From the NCBI RefSeq assembly GCF_001194135.2, contig NC_068982.1:144535146-144571292 (forward strand): a stretch of DNA of 36,147 nt, written 5' to 3'. The DNA comes from Octopus bimaculoides (Eukaryota). Of this stretch, positions 10,168 through 21,965 are shown piece by piece. The notes beneath the pieces are model-generated. The model was given only the letters and a program-made list of their open reading frames with translations, made no database searches and was not told where the DNA came from. Each line of letters opens with the position of its first letter. Position 1 is the first letter of the stretch. Position numbers and translations under genes: made by a program.

Positions 10168-10557
10168 ACTTGTTTCAGTCTTTTGACTGTGGCCATGCTG
10201 GAGTACCACATTTAGTCGAGCAAATCGACCCCAGGACTTATTCTTTAGAAGCCTAGTACTTATTCTATCGGCCTCTTTTGCCAAACCGCTAAGTTACGGG
10301 GACATAAACACACCAGCATCGGTTGTCAAACGATGTTGGGGGGACAAACACAGACACACAAACACACACACACATACATATATATATATACATATATATG
10401 ACGGGCTTCTTTCAGTTTCCATCTACCAAATCCACTCACAAGGCTTTGGCCGGCCCGAGGCTATAGTAGAAGACATTTGCCCAAGGTGCCACACAGTGGG
10501 AATGAACCCAGGACCATGTGGTTGGTAAGCAAGCTACTTACCACACAGCCACTCCTA
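10168..10557 (-). mobile_element. tRNA-headed CORE-type SINE (family A), complete young copy
   Basis: Head GGAGTGGCTGTGTGGTAAG...GGTTCATTCCC (A/B-box-like), CORE-like CCTTGGGCAAATG, internal (TA/CA)n hinge, and tail ...CAGCATGGCCACAGTCAAAAGACTGAAACAAG. It resembles the Octopus OR-type SINEs (name from recall). Confidence 0.85.
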
Positions 10558-10560
10558 ATC

Positions 10561-11012
10561 CTCCTCCTCCTCCTCATCATCATCATCATCATCATCATCA
10601 TTTAGCATCTATTGTCCATGCTGGCATGGGTTGGATGGTTTGACCAGGATTGGCAAGCTGGAAGGCTGCACCAGACTCCAGTCTGATCTGGTATGGTTTC
10701 TGCAGCTGGATGCCCTTCCTAACGCCAACCACTCTGAAAGTGTAATGGGTGCTTTTTACATACCACCGACACAGTTGCCATTTGCATGACACCGGTATTT
10801 TCCACGACTGCGATTTTACTCGGCTTGATGGGTCTTCTTCTCAAGCACAGCATAATGCCAAAGGTCTTGGTCATTTGTCATTGCCTCCATGAGACACAAC
10901 ACTTGAAAGGAGCTCAGCCACTTTGCCTCTATGATGCCCAATGCTCAAAAGGTGCATTTTACGTGCCACCAGCATGGGTGCCACTTACGTGACACCAGCA
11001 TTAGCTACGACT
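10561..11012 (-). mobile_element. RTE 3' end/family B variant including ORF2 terminus remnant
   Basis: (ATC)n tail, CCATGCTGGCATGGGTTGGATGG, and GGTCTTCTTCTCAAGCACAGCATAATGCCAAAGGTC (reverse of DLW.YAVLEK). It abuts the head of the SINE at 10557. Confidence 0.8.
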
Positions 11013-11084
11013 ACAATTTGTGTATGCATGCATGCATGCATGCGTACATGCATTCATGTGTGTGTGTTACTGTTAAGGTGGTGA

Positions 11085-11500
11085 ATTCAGAATGCATTTT
11101 GTAGTTTTTCTGGTTTTCTTTTGCAGACTCTTTAATTTGCTTAATCTCCAATTCTTGTATGAAAACTCTAAGTTATAATTAGGATGGCTACTCTATTCGT
11201 ACCAGTAATCTTATCATTGTCATTAATTTTGGTAATCTGACACTTCTGTAGTACTTTTTGCTCATGTTCTTCATTTCAGTGCATCTTGTATCCTGTCAAT
11301 TTCATCTAGACATAAGAACTTGTAGATCTCTCTGAAGAGGGACTTTTGAGTGCTTTGGAGTAGAAATTGGTTGTAGTAATTTTTTAATAATGTCTGTTTA
11401 TTTAAGTGTCATTTTTTTTCTATTTTCTGTTTTTTTAAAAATCTGTCTGTGTGTCTTCAAAAATTTGTAGAGCATCTTTACAGTTATTACTATTGCAGAT
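11085..11500 (-). pseudogene. R4/Dong/NeSL-like (RLE-type) LINE reverse transcriptase fossil
   Basis: Minus remnants EIYKFLCLDEIDRIQDALK, DKITGTNRVAILII and NWRLSKLKSLQKKTRK resemble the YKYLG..E.D.I, N.I.AIN..AV..I and W...EL..LD.KTRK post-RT motifs of R4/Dong-type ORFs. Confidence 0.55.
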
Positions 11501-12147
11501 AGAGCCTCTCACCACTAGTGTGGAAATGGTCATGACAAAAGACTAATAGCCAAAGTAAAATAGATTTTCTGCAAAAATATATGTATCCAATAAACACAAT
11601 AAAATGTGTCAGGATATTCAAATTTTTTTTCTTCTTTTTTTTCAATCCCAGATAATAGTGAAGGGATATTTAAATGTTCTGAGTTCCTCTGTTAGTAAAA
11701 AGAACCAAATATGGAAAAAGCAAAAAAAAAACAAAAATAGAAATTCAAAGTTAATGATAATTGAACGATGACCTCTCATGAGGTCAGAGCAATCTACATG
11801 AATACAACAATCCTATATGTCCCTAAGTTCAACACAACAGGAAGAAAAAGAGAAAAAAAAAAAAGAAAAAAGAAGACAAAAACAAGACTTATAAGAACTG
11901 GCTGTTAACAAACTTTCAAACAGTTGCAGTGTGAATGACCAGGTCACTGATGTACAATGAATGTTTTGACACTTCATGAAATAAATAAATAAAAAGACAA
12001 TTTAACAGTTTTGTTATTACAAAGATAGAATGACTCTATCACAATGTAGACATTTCATTCTGAAAACAATAGAGACCAAATCACTTGACAAGTACAGATA
12101 AGAAAAAAAAATTCTATGAAAATCTAACTACTTCAGTGTCTTTGAAT

Positions 12148-12355
12148 TTGTCTGTCCCACCACTTGAAAACCAGTGTCGGTTTGTTTATGCCCCCATAAC
12201 TTAGTAGCTCAGAAAGAGAGATGAATAGAATATAAGTTCTAGACTTTAAGTAAAACTAAGTATTGGGGTTGATTTGTTCTGCAAATATTGCCAAGATGGT
12301 GCCCCAGCATGGCTGTAATCTAATGACTAAAACAAGTAGAAGGTAAAAGTAAAAA
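12148..12355 (+). mobile_element. Family A SINE 3' half, old
   Basis: TTTGTCTGTCCCACCACTTG...CAGCATGGCTGTAATCTAATGACTAAAACAAGTAG. Confidence 0.7.
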
Positions 12356-12767
12356 AAGACATGACAATTTAAATGTTTAAGGACCAGGGATCTAGTGTTT
12401 TTCATTCGCAAAATGAGCCCCCTTTAATTTTGCTCAGATTGCTTTCAATTTTGGTGTATTGATGCAACTCTGAATTTTCATTACAATCAACAAATTACTT
12501 TATCTTGTAAATTAAAGAATCTATTGTTATTTGGAATTAAAGTTGGGAAATTTGGGTAATTTTAGCCAATCAACAGACAGTGACTCATTAACAGCTTGCT
12601 ACCATGACAACTGCATGTTGTGTTGAGTTTCACTCACATGTGTTGATTCTTCACACCATGAGATATACTTCACTCGTGTGTTTTGTCTTAATAAAAATTC
12701 ATATTTATCAATTTGAAATTTATTATAGATATTTTTCCTCAATTGTCTTAATATTTTTCATTTTTAG

Positions 12768-13440
12768 GTGTGTGGTAAGTAGCTTGCTTACCAACCACAT
12801 GGTTCTGGGTTTAGTCCCACTGCGTGGCACCTTGGGCAAGTGTCTTCTACTATAGCCTCGGGCCGACCAAAGCCTTGTGAGTGGATTTGGTAGACGGAAA
12901 CTGAAAGAAGCCCGTCGTATATATGTATATATATATATATATNNNNNNNNNNNNNNNNNNNNNNNNNNNNNNNNNNNNNNNNNNNNNNNNNNNNNNNNNN
13001 NNNNNNNNNNNNNNNNNNNNNNNNNNNNNNNNNNNNNNNNNNNNNNNNNNNNNNNNNNNNNNNNNNNNNNNNNNNNNNNNNNNNNNNNNNNNNNNNNNNN
13101 NNNNNNNNNNNNNNNNNNNNNNNNNNNNNNNNNNNNNNNNNNNNNNNNNNNNNNNNNNNNNNNNNNNNNNNNNNNNNNNNNNNNNNNNNNNNNNNNNNNN
13201 NNNNNNNNNNNNNNNNNNNNNNNNNNNNNNNNNNNNNNNNNNNNNNNNNNNNNNNNNNNNNNNNNNNNNNNNNNNNNNNNNNNNNNNNNNNNNNNNNNNN
13301 NNNNNNNNNGTTTGGCAAAAGAGACCGATAGAATAAGTACTAGGCTTACAAAGAATAAGTCCTGGGGTCGATTTGCTCGACTAAAGGTGGTGCTCCAGCA
13401 TGGCCGCAGTCAAATGACTGAAACAAGTAAAAGAGTAAAA
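12768..13440 (+). mobile_element. Family A SINE, young copy (N-gap at internal microsatellite)
   Basis: Head and tail are nearly identical to 30637-31214 and to the reverse complement of 10168-10557. Confidence 0.9.
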
Positions 13441-15203
13441 GGGTATAGCAAAAGTTGTTTGCGATGTTTATACAGTTTCTCGGCATTATGAAGGTGAATG
13501 GAATATGTGCACTTAGTACAGATAATTTGATATTATTTTTGAATTCTGCATGCAAAAACATACAAAATACAGGTATTCTTTTTCTTGGGATAAATTCTTT
13601 GTTGACCAGTGTTATTCTTATCATAGTTTACAAATCCAAGCATGAAAATGTTACTCAATTTTGAAGTTTTGGAGACAGACGCCCCCTTTTCACACACACA
13701 CACACACATGCACTTATATATTAATGATGTACATGACAGGTATACCTAATACTGAAATATGCATAAAGTAAACACATGCAGACAAATGTATTAATATAAC
13801 AAATAAAAAAATAATAAAAACATACAATCAATGAAGAGACAAAAGAAACAGTATGATGATGCATGTTGATTTTATTAGATATTTCTGTTTATTTAGAAAC
13901 CTACCTACAATGAAGAGGTCATTTCACAGACACTAAACTATAAATTTCATCAAGTACAACCTTAAAGTTGACATTGCTCTGCTAAATACAGAAAATTTCT
14001 GTCTCACTATTGGCTAAAAATACACAGTTTTTCCGATTTTTAAACCTCTGTAACTTTTTCCTCCAATTTTTTCTCCACAACATCATACCTTCATAGCAAT
14101 TAGACTGGAAAACTATATTATTATAGCCAATTTTCAGATTTTTTACTGTCTTTTAACAAATGCGTATTTTGTGAATGAAAAAATGAACTAGATCCAGGAC
14201 CAGCTACATCAGCTTTGAAACTGAATCCACATTTTTATTGATTGTTAAATAAAGGTCCAGGTCTTTTGTTTTCNNNNNNNNNNNNNNNNNNNNNNNNNNN
14301 NNNNNNNNNNNNNNNNNNNNNNNNNNNNNNNNNNNNNNNNNNNNNNNNNNNNNNNNNNNNNNNNNNNNNNNNNNNNNNNNNNNNNNNNNNNNNNNNNNNN
14401 NNNNNNNNNNNNNNNNNNNNNNNNNNNNNNNNNNNNNNNNNNNNNNNNNNNNNNNNNNNNNNNNNNNNNNNNNNNNNNNNNNNNNNNNNNNNNNNNNNNN
14501 NNNNNNNNNNNNNNNNNNNNNNNNNNNNNNNNNNNNNNNNNNNNNNNNNNNNNNNNNNNNNNNNNNNNNNNNNNNNNNNNNNNNNNNNNNNNNNNNNNNN
14601 NNNNNNNNNNNNNNNNNNNNNNNNNNNNNNNNNNNNNNNNNNNNNNNNNNNNNNNNNNNNNNNNNNNNNNNNNNNNNNNNNNATACAAATCTCTCTCTCT
14701 CCCCTCTCTCTCTCCCCCTCTCTCTCTCTCTCTCTTTCTCTAGCACCAGACAATGATGCTAGTTCCCATATGCAAAGAATCTATGGAACCAGAAAGTATT
14801 TTACTGCAACAAATTAGTAACATGTGTAGTATACACAAACAAACAATGCAATGACATTATTTTTATTTTATATTATAACAACATTATAATCAACTAAATA
14901 AATGGCCATCTTCCTAATTAATTGTTCTTCACTCATTCATTTCTCGGCTCTCTCATCTAAATAATATCATTACAGATGTATAAGAATAAAAAAAAAGGAA
15001 TTGATGTACAAAGCACAATGATAAATGTGAAGATAATTATTTTAATAATGAAATAAGAGAGTACAGAGCTAAGCTTAAAATAAAGTAAAAAATAACTTTT
15101 AGATGTGGGTTACTCCAAAACAAGAAGCTAAAACCTTACAGAAGTATGGTGCACACTGTTTCAGTAATATTGAGAAATTAGATTTGTTCAATAGGTGCAG
15201 ACA

Positions 15204-15327
15204 TAACTGTGGTAAGAAGTTTGGTTTCCAACCACATGGTTCTGAGTTCAATCCTATCATGTGACAACTTGGACAAGTGTCGAGTAGATTTGGTAGAAGG
15301 AAACTTAAAGAAGCCCATTGTGTGTGT

Positions 15328-15386
<59 letters not shown>

Positions 15387-15395
15387 CACACACAT

Positions 15396-15435
<40 letters not shown>

Positions 15436-15436
15436 G

Positions 15437-15496
<60 letters not shown>

Positions 15497-15770
15497 TGCA
15501 TGTATTTCTGCCTCCATACCTTGACATTGCATGATAGTTGTAAACAAGTGTCACTGCAATACAAGTGGTGTCATTCATCATCATCATCATCATTTCTAAT
15601 ATTCTGTGAAAACATATCTGGTCATGGGGAAATATTACCTTACTTGGAAACAGACGGGAGTTGGTGACAGGAAGAGCATCTGGCCATAGAAAATCTGCCT
15701 CGAAAAATTCCATCCGACCCATGCAAGCACGGAAAAGCAGACATTAAAATTATGATGAAACAATGATGAT
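15204..15770 (+). mobile_element. Composite SINE: family A head + microsatellite + alternative body D with RTE-type tail
   Basis: Head 15204-15320, (TG/TA/CA/GA)n 15320-15500, body GGGGAAATATTACCTTACTTGGAAAC...GACCCATGCAAGCACGGAAAAG. It matches the reverse complement of 2783-3170. Confidence 0.7.
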
Positions 15771-17092
15771 GATAGTTTCAAATACATTGCTTCTCAACTG
15801 GGCAAGGAATTACCACCTAAGTTTACACATGAATTCACACCAAGAAGTGAGAAATTGCTTAGCTATTCCAATGTATAGATCTGAAGAAGAATAGATTCAT
15901 TGTAACATCAGTTAACAAAGATTTCGTTGAAAAACAGCTGAAATAAAATTGTATGTTGACAATAACACTAGCAAACTATCATGCAACATGGATGTCTTTT
16001 CAAAATTCCAATTACCGATCACATAAACCACTTAATTCATTCCCCCAGTTCGTTCCCACAGCAATTAGAATGAGTTTGATTCTTTCCCATATGTAAAAGA
16101 AAATTGTACACTTAAGTGGGGGGGGGGGGAGAAATGCCATCAACTAGTTTTCCAGATCATTTTGTCATTANNNNNNNNNNAACTAGTTTTCCAGATCATT
16201 TTGTCATTACCATCATCATTATCATCATCATCATCCTCATCATCATCATCATCATCAATATCACCACCACTACCACCACCATTACAGTTATACCCCACAT
16301 CATCATTGTTATCATTATCACCACCACCACTGCCATCACCACCATTATCATCATCGTCATCATCATTTTTACATTGGTTTTTTTATTTTTTTATAATTTT
16401 TTTTTTTTCCATCCTGGAATAAGTTATATGAAATTTGTTGAAAGTCTCTTTCTACTGATCCTCATACATTGAAACTATGGAGCATTTGCTTAGAGAAAAG
16501 AGACGAAGACACCATTTTTATTCAGGTAATGATTAATGAAAATCTCATGGAAATGACACTCATAAACATGTATGCACACCACACATAAATACATGTGTGT
16601 GTGTGTGTGTATGTGTACAAAAGGCTTCTTTTCAGTTTCTGTCTGTCTATTTCTCTTTCAAGGCATTGTTTAGCTCAAGGTTATTGCAGAGATCATCATA
16701 ATGTCATTGATAATCAGGGAAGAGGCTGTGTTTGTAGACAAGAATGACCAAACAAATATATATTTGTTTTCAAACACTTATATTTAACTGTTAAGGATGT
16801 AACTGAAGAGCTGTATTTGTATAATATCTGAAGTTATTAAATTTGAAAGACAAAGAAAATATTCAACTTAAATCTGTGATGTTACATGTACTCTTTATTA
16901 TTATAGAAATAAAAGAAATTAGAGTAGATAATTGGATAGAATGACGCATGTTCACATCAAAACATTAGGATAATTTACTTTTGTCGAATATGTATTCTCA
17001 GCATATGTTGTATTAGGACAAGTAAACAAACATCACCATCATATAAGTGATGTTGTTTGTTTGTTTTCAGTCTTATGTGAAAAGCATGTCTG

Positions 17093-17809
17093 GTGCTTCA
17101 CCACCTCGTCCCATGTCTTTTTGGGTCTACCTCTTCCACAGTTTCCCTCCACGGTTAGAGACTGGCACTGCTTTACATAGCAGTCCTCATCCATTCTAAT
17201 AATCGAAATTTGGGCCTCACAGACTAGTGAGACCGAGACCTTTGGTGATGTGCAGTGCTTGAAAAGACTTGTCAAACTAAGTGAAATCGTAGTCGTACCT
17301 GAAGCCAATGTCACATAACTGGCACCCATACTGGTGGCATGTAAAAAGTACTTGTCAAGCATTGGGACTCATAGAGGCAATGCGGCCAATGCTGGGGTCA
17401 CATAACTGGTTCCTGTGCCAGTGGCATATAAAAAGAACCTTTCGAATGTTGGGCTTCATGGAGGCAATGTGGCCGATGCCAGGGTTGTATAATTGACACC
17501 TGTGCCAGAGGCACATAAAAACGCACCTTTTTGGTATTGGGCCTCATGGAGGCAATGACAAATTACCAAGACCTTTGACAATATGTCGTACTTAAGAAGA
17601 AAACCCATCAAGCCTAGGGAAATCGTAGTCATGGCAGATACTGGTGTCACACAAATGGAACATAAAAGAACCCACTGGTTGGCATTAGGAAGGGCATCCA
17701 GCCATAGAAACCATGCCAAATCAGGCTGGAGTTTGATGCAGCTCTTCAGCTTACCAACCCTGATTAAACCATCCAACCCATGCCAGCATGAACAATGGAT
17801 GTTAAAAGA

Positions 17810-17812
<3 letters not shown>
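17093..17812 (+). mobile_element. RTE 3' end with 5'-inverted segment (17093-17203 on minus), tandemly repeated 3' units and (GAT)n tail
   Basis: The minus segment encodes IRMDEDCYVKQCQSLTVEGNCGRGRPKKTWDEVVKH. The plus segment from 17204 continues RNLGLT..DRDLW*CAVLEKTCQTK*, then about 87-bp repeats and the shared tail ending GGATGTTAAAAGATGAT. Confidence 0.8.
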
Positions 17813-17851
<39 letters not shown>

Positions 17852-17887
17852 CATCATCACCATCATTGTTTAACGTCTGCCTTCCAT

Positions 17888-18075
17888 AGACCCCCTTCAG
17901 TCATGAATGATCACGGGATGCATCCGAAAAGTTCCCCTCTGAGGCATAAGTCTGAGCCAGGTTGTTTATAGAAGACTATGCATGCCAGCCTCCCCTCTCC
18001 ATGCCATTGATGTTATCCAAGGGAAAGACAGAGGCTGATACAGCTTGGCACCAGTGACATCGCAACAAGGCTGAA
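17888..18075 (-). mobile_element. SINE-like repeat fragment (3' portion)
   Basis: GC-richer block (CAGCCTCCCCTCTCCATGCC...GATACAGCTTGGCACCAGTGACATCGCAAC) that I recognise as an octopus SINE-like body. There is no second copy in the window, so the call rests on recall. Confidence 0.45.
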
Positions 18076-18539
18076 GTGATTGCAACAGATTGCGATTAGC
18101 TATAAGTACCCAAGGGCCAGATAGTATCATTAAAGCTGGTGATGGATTAAGTTTATAGATAAGTAAATTATAACGAGGAAGTTTAAATGAAAAGAAATAC
18201 AAACAAAGCAATTCATGTCATATTTAAGTCAAATAAAACAAAATGTCAGAATCTGTGACACAATATCTGGCAAAATGGAAAGAAAATGTAGCAGCAGTCT
18301 TTAAGGTAGCATTCTTTGTCTGTTAACATTTCATTTATGTCAAAAAAAATACCCTTATATATATTAATGGATGTTGAATAATCCTGTTCAAAGAGGAGCA
18401 GGATGAGGAGACAGAGGACGACAAAGGTAATAACAGTGATGACATCATCAACAACAACAACAAAGACAATGATGATGATTGATGTTGCGGCTATTGCTGT
18501 CACTGCTGGTGGTGGTAGTGCTGCTGCTGCTGGTGATTA

Positions 18540-18692
18540 TAATGATGATGACGATGATGATGATGATGACGATGGTGATGATGATGATGACGACGACGAC
18601 GATGATGACGATGGTGACGATGATGATGATGATGATGACGACGACAATGATGACGACGGCAGTGATGACAATGACGACAGTGATGATGATGA
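18540..18692. repeat. (GAT/GAC)n triplet microsatellite
   Basis: Long mixed GAT/GAC run, seen directly. Confidence 0.95.
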
Positions 18693-19540
18693 TACTTATA
18701 CAATATTTGAAAATGATCTCTGGTGATTAACATTTAATAATTCTATTACATATTATTTATCAAAATAAATTTTTCTATCTATTGAAGTTTTAGGTGATAA
18801 AAGGAAGCATCATAATGAAAGAAAAAAAATAAATTACAAAAAAAAAAGAACCAGCTTAAAATTAAAAAAAATGTAAAGCATACACTTGCTTATTATTCTG
18901 GCATATACTAGCAACTAATAGCTCCACCTGTAGATTTCCACAGAATGTGAACAATTTATTGCAATCATAAATGATCCAAGAAATGGTACTTTACACATTT
19001 ATGTATTATTCTCATGTTCAGCATTGCATGCAGAAGGTGAGAAGAGAAGAGAAATAACAATGTTCAGCAGTATAGTATGTATGCTTACTAAGTTGAATCA
19101 CAACACCTTCTGTCCTTAATAGCTTGATCAAACTATTGTAATACTGTGAAGTAGTTATCTATTTGTATCTAGTGAAGAAAGAGAGCTTAAAAGAAAAAAC
19201 GAAGGAAACAAGTAGAAAGATATATTTTATTACATACATTTGGAGGAATCGGGAGAAGAAAAAAAAGAGAGAAGAAAAATTTGTCATCCTCTAAGAATCA
19301 AAAGCTTTTGAAATTTACTTTATTTCATAACAAGCATATATACCTACAAGCTTAAATAAATATATACATATAAATGCATATGCACACATACATATGCAGG
19401 TGCATATATGCACAAATATATACATATACACATGCACAAATATGCACATGTATGCATGCATATATATGCATATATGTGGGTTTATGTATATATACACATA
19501 TACATACATATATGTGTGTGTGTGTGTGTGTGTATATATG

Positions 19541-19571
<31 letters not shown>

Positions 19572-19639
19572 TAGCTTAAAAGCCGCTCTATTATGCAGCT
19601 TTTAGGCAAGCTCCTGTGGAGAATACAGGCCAGGAAGAA

Positions 19640-20600
19640 TTGATTAAAGCAACAGGTTACTAACCAAAACTTATAGGACACACACAACACAATAATTCTA
19701 CTGCTCATAACTCAATAAATTGTCCCAACCTTGTACAACACACTAGAACAAATAAGCCAAACAACAAATATAAGAATCATGATTTCCTCTGGTACAACCC
19801 AATCTTTGGTTCAAACGTTTCAATGAAGATTGCTAGGAAATTTTTTGCTGCTTTAGACAAATGTTTCCTTAAATCAAATAGATAGCATGCTATTTTTAAT
19901 AGACACACCATGAAGGTATCTTACTCTAACTCTATTAATTTAGAGCAGCATATGCACTGCATTAACAATAGTAAAATGAAACAACAATTCAAAACTCACC
20001 TACTGGCACCAGTAAACATATACATCAAAATACCAACATAGAAGATGTAAACCGCAATGAAAAACACCAGATAAGGCCAAACCATGATAGCAGAAATGAT
20101 TGCGATATAGCTAACATGGTAACAACATCGGAAAATAAAGTCAGAACTGCCATATATACAAATAAATATAATAAATGCTCATACAGAGAAAAATCAAAAT
20201 GCCCATTGATGAACCTCTGTATGAGTACAAATCTTGTATATAAATATACCATTCAGACACAGGGAAGGTTGTATGTTTACTTTGGGGCAACAGCTGATTC
20301 ATTCAAGAATTGTTACCACAACCGTGTCGCCAGCTTCAAGAAAATCAATAAGAAACATTTAACATCTTTGGTTGATTTTGTGAGGGAACTTAAGGAAGAT
20401 AGAATTAAGCATAACATAATCTGGTCCATAGTAAATGCATGCAAAACCATATAATATCATTTCCAGGAGATGCTGTCTTTGTTCTGAGGAATCCTTGACT
20501 ATTGTGTGGACCAATGAGAAGACCATTAAGAGAATTTCTGAAAGACTCTCAAGGTGCTTGCATGCATATAAATGCACATTCACATGATACAGTGGGAATG
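19640..20600 (+). pseudogene. Penelope-like element fossil: linker plus GIY-YIG endonuclease
   Basis: FLWYNPIFGSNVSMKIARKFFAALDKCFLKSNR*HAIFNRHTMKVSYS, then KCSYREKSKCPLMNLCMSTNLVYKYTIQTQGRLYVYFGATADSFKNCYHNR...IIWSIV and YNIISRRCCLCSEE. These resemble the WFNPP...VKVSYS linker, C-C-C-C cluster, VYK/YIG and CxLC motifs of Penelope-like ORFs. Confidence 0.85.
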
Positions 20601-21539
20601 AATTTGAGTAACTGTTAATGTAATTCATCCTAAGTTATGGATGAATTAAATTTAGCTCTAACCTCCCCATTTTTATAAATACCAAGTAGTTATTTAATCC
20701 GCTATGTGAACTTATGTGCACCAGACTACATGTGTTTGTGCATGCTTATATCTTCATGTTAAAGGTTATATTTAATACATTTTTCGCTGTAGTGTGTGTT
20801 CATTTCTTTTTTGCAGCTGTTATTTTATTATTGATCTTCTATATAAATGAAGCTATATCCTTTAGTTTCTTGCCTTTCTTTACACAAACTGAGAAGATAC
20901 ATTGTGGAACTGTTATTTTAATGAGTTTTATCTATTTATAACTCAAAGAGGCACATCTGCAATGTCGGATGCTCTTGAACCATTTGTTAAGTATCCCACC
21001 CATGAGAGATCAATACTAGATGGGTCAAAACAATTGTAGTGATTAATAAAAATTCTCATATCTTCCATCTTCCATCTCTCATTAAGCAAATATATATATA
21101 TTTATATATTATAAATGTTTATGTGTATAAGTATATAAGTATATACTTGTTCTGCTTCTGACAATGATAAATGTCTACTCTAAAAAGATATCAAAATAAC
21201 GCACTCAAGGTTTGTACGCGCATAGTATTTCTTTTACTTACGAACTGTTATTATGGAGGTTCTAGATATTGAATTTGTATGTACTGAACAAGGGGAAAAG
21301 GAATTATTCTATAAGGAATTTTATTGCAACAAAAACAAAAGCACTGATTTCAAAAATAATTGGTGATGTGAAGTTAGAAATTGTCCTGGGTGCCTTATAA
21401 TGCAAAGAGAGAGAGATATCACGAAAGAAAATTCTTGAAATAATCCTGGCTCTATGATTTAAAGCACCAAACTAAAGTCAAAAGAAAAAAGCCAGAGTAA
21501 CATACCGAGCATCAGCTGCCATTCTCCAGTTAAATCACC

Positions 21540-21965
21540 ACCATCATCATCATCATAATTTAGCATCCATTTTCCATGCCGGCATGGGTTTGACAGTTTG
21601 AATGGAGCTGGTAAGCTGGAGAGCTGCACCAGGCTCCAATGTATTTTGGCCAGGTTTCTATGGCTGGATACCTTTCCTAATGACAACCGTTTTGTAGAGT
21701 GTACTGGGTGTCTTTTACTTGTTCCCAGCATGGGTGCCTCTTACACGCCACAAGCACAAGTGCCTTTTACAGTTCACTGGCACACATGTCTTTTACATGT
21801 CACCACAATGGGTGCCTTTTACATGTCACCAGCACGAGTGCCTTTCAAGTGTACCCAGCATCAGCACCTTTTATGTGTCACTGGCACAGGTGCCTTTTAC
21901 ATGTCTCTGGCACTGGTGCCATTCACATGTCACTGGCATTGGCCATGACTACAATCTCACTCAAC
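21540..21965 (-). mobile_element. Family B variant with expanded 26-bp tandem array
   Basis: (ATC)n tail and B body at 21540-21720, then about 8 degenerate GGTGCCTTTTACATGTCACCAGCACG units. Confidence 0.8.

Noticed and set aside
13455-13664. 69-aa hydrophobic ORF and nearby AG/GT pairs
   Set aside because: AT-rich composition explains the hydrophobicity; no family motif.
14738-14817. Possible short terminal exon after a CT tract (APDNDASSHMQRIYGTRKYFTATN*)
   Set aside because: The acceptor is just a (CT)n microsatellite next to an N-gap; no supporting evidence.
16141-16210. 29-bp direct repeat flanking a 10-N gap
   Set aside because: Identical sequence on both sides of a placeholder gap is typical of an unmerged contig overlap (assembly artefact).
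18403-18733. ORFs encoding poly-Asp, poly-Met or poly-His
   Set aside because: They are translations of a (GAT/GAC)n microsatellite in several frames, with no splice or domain support.
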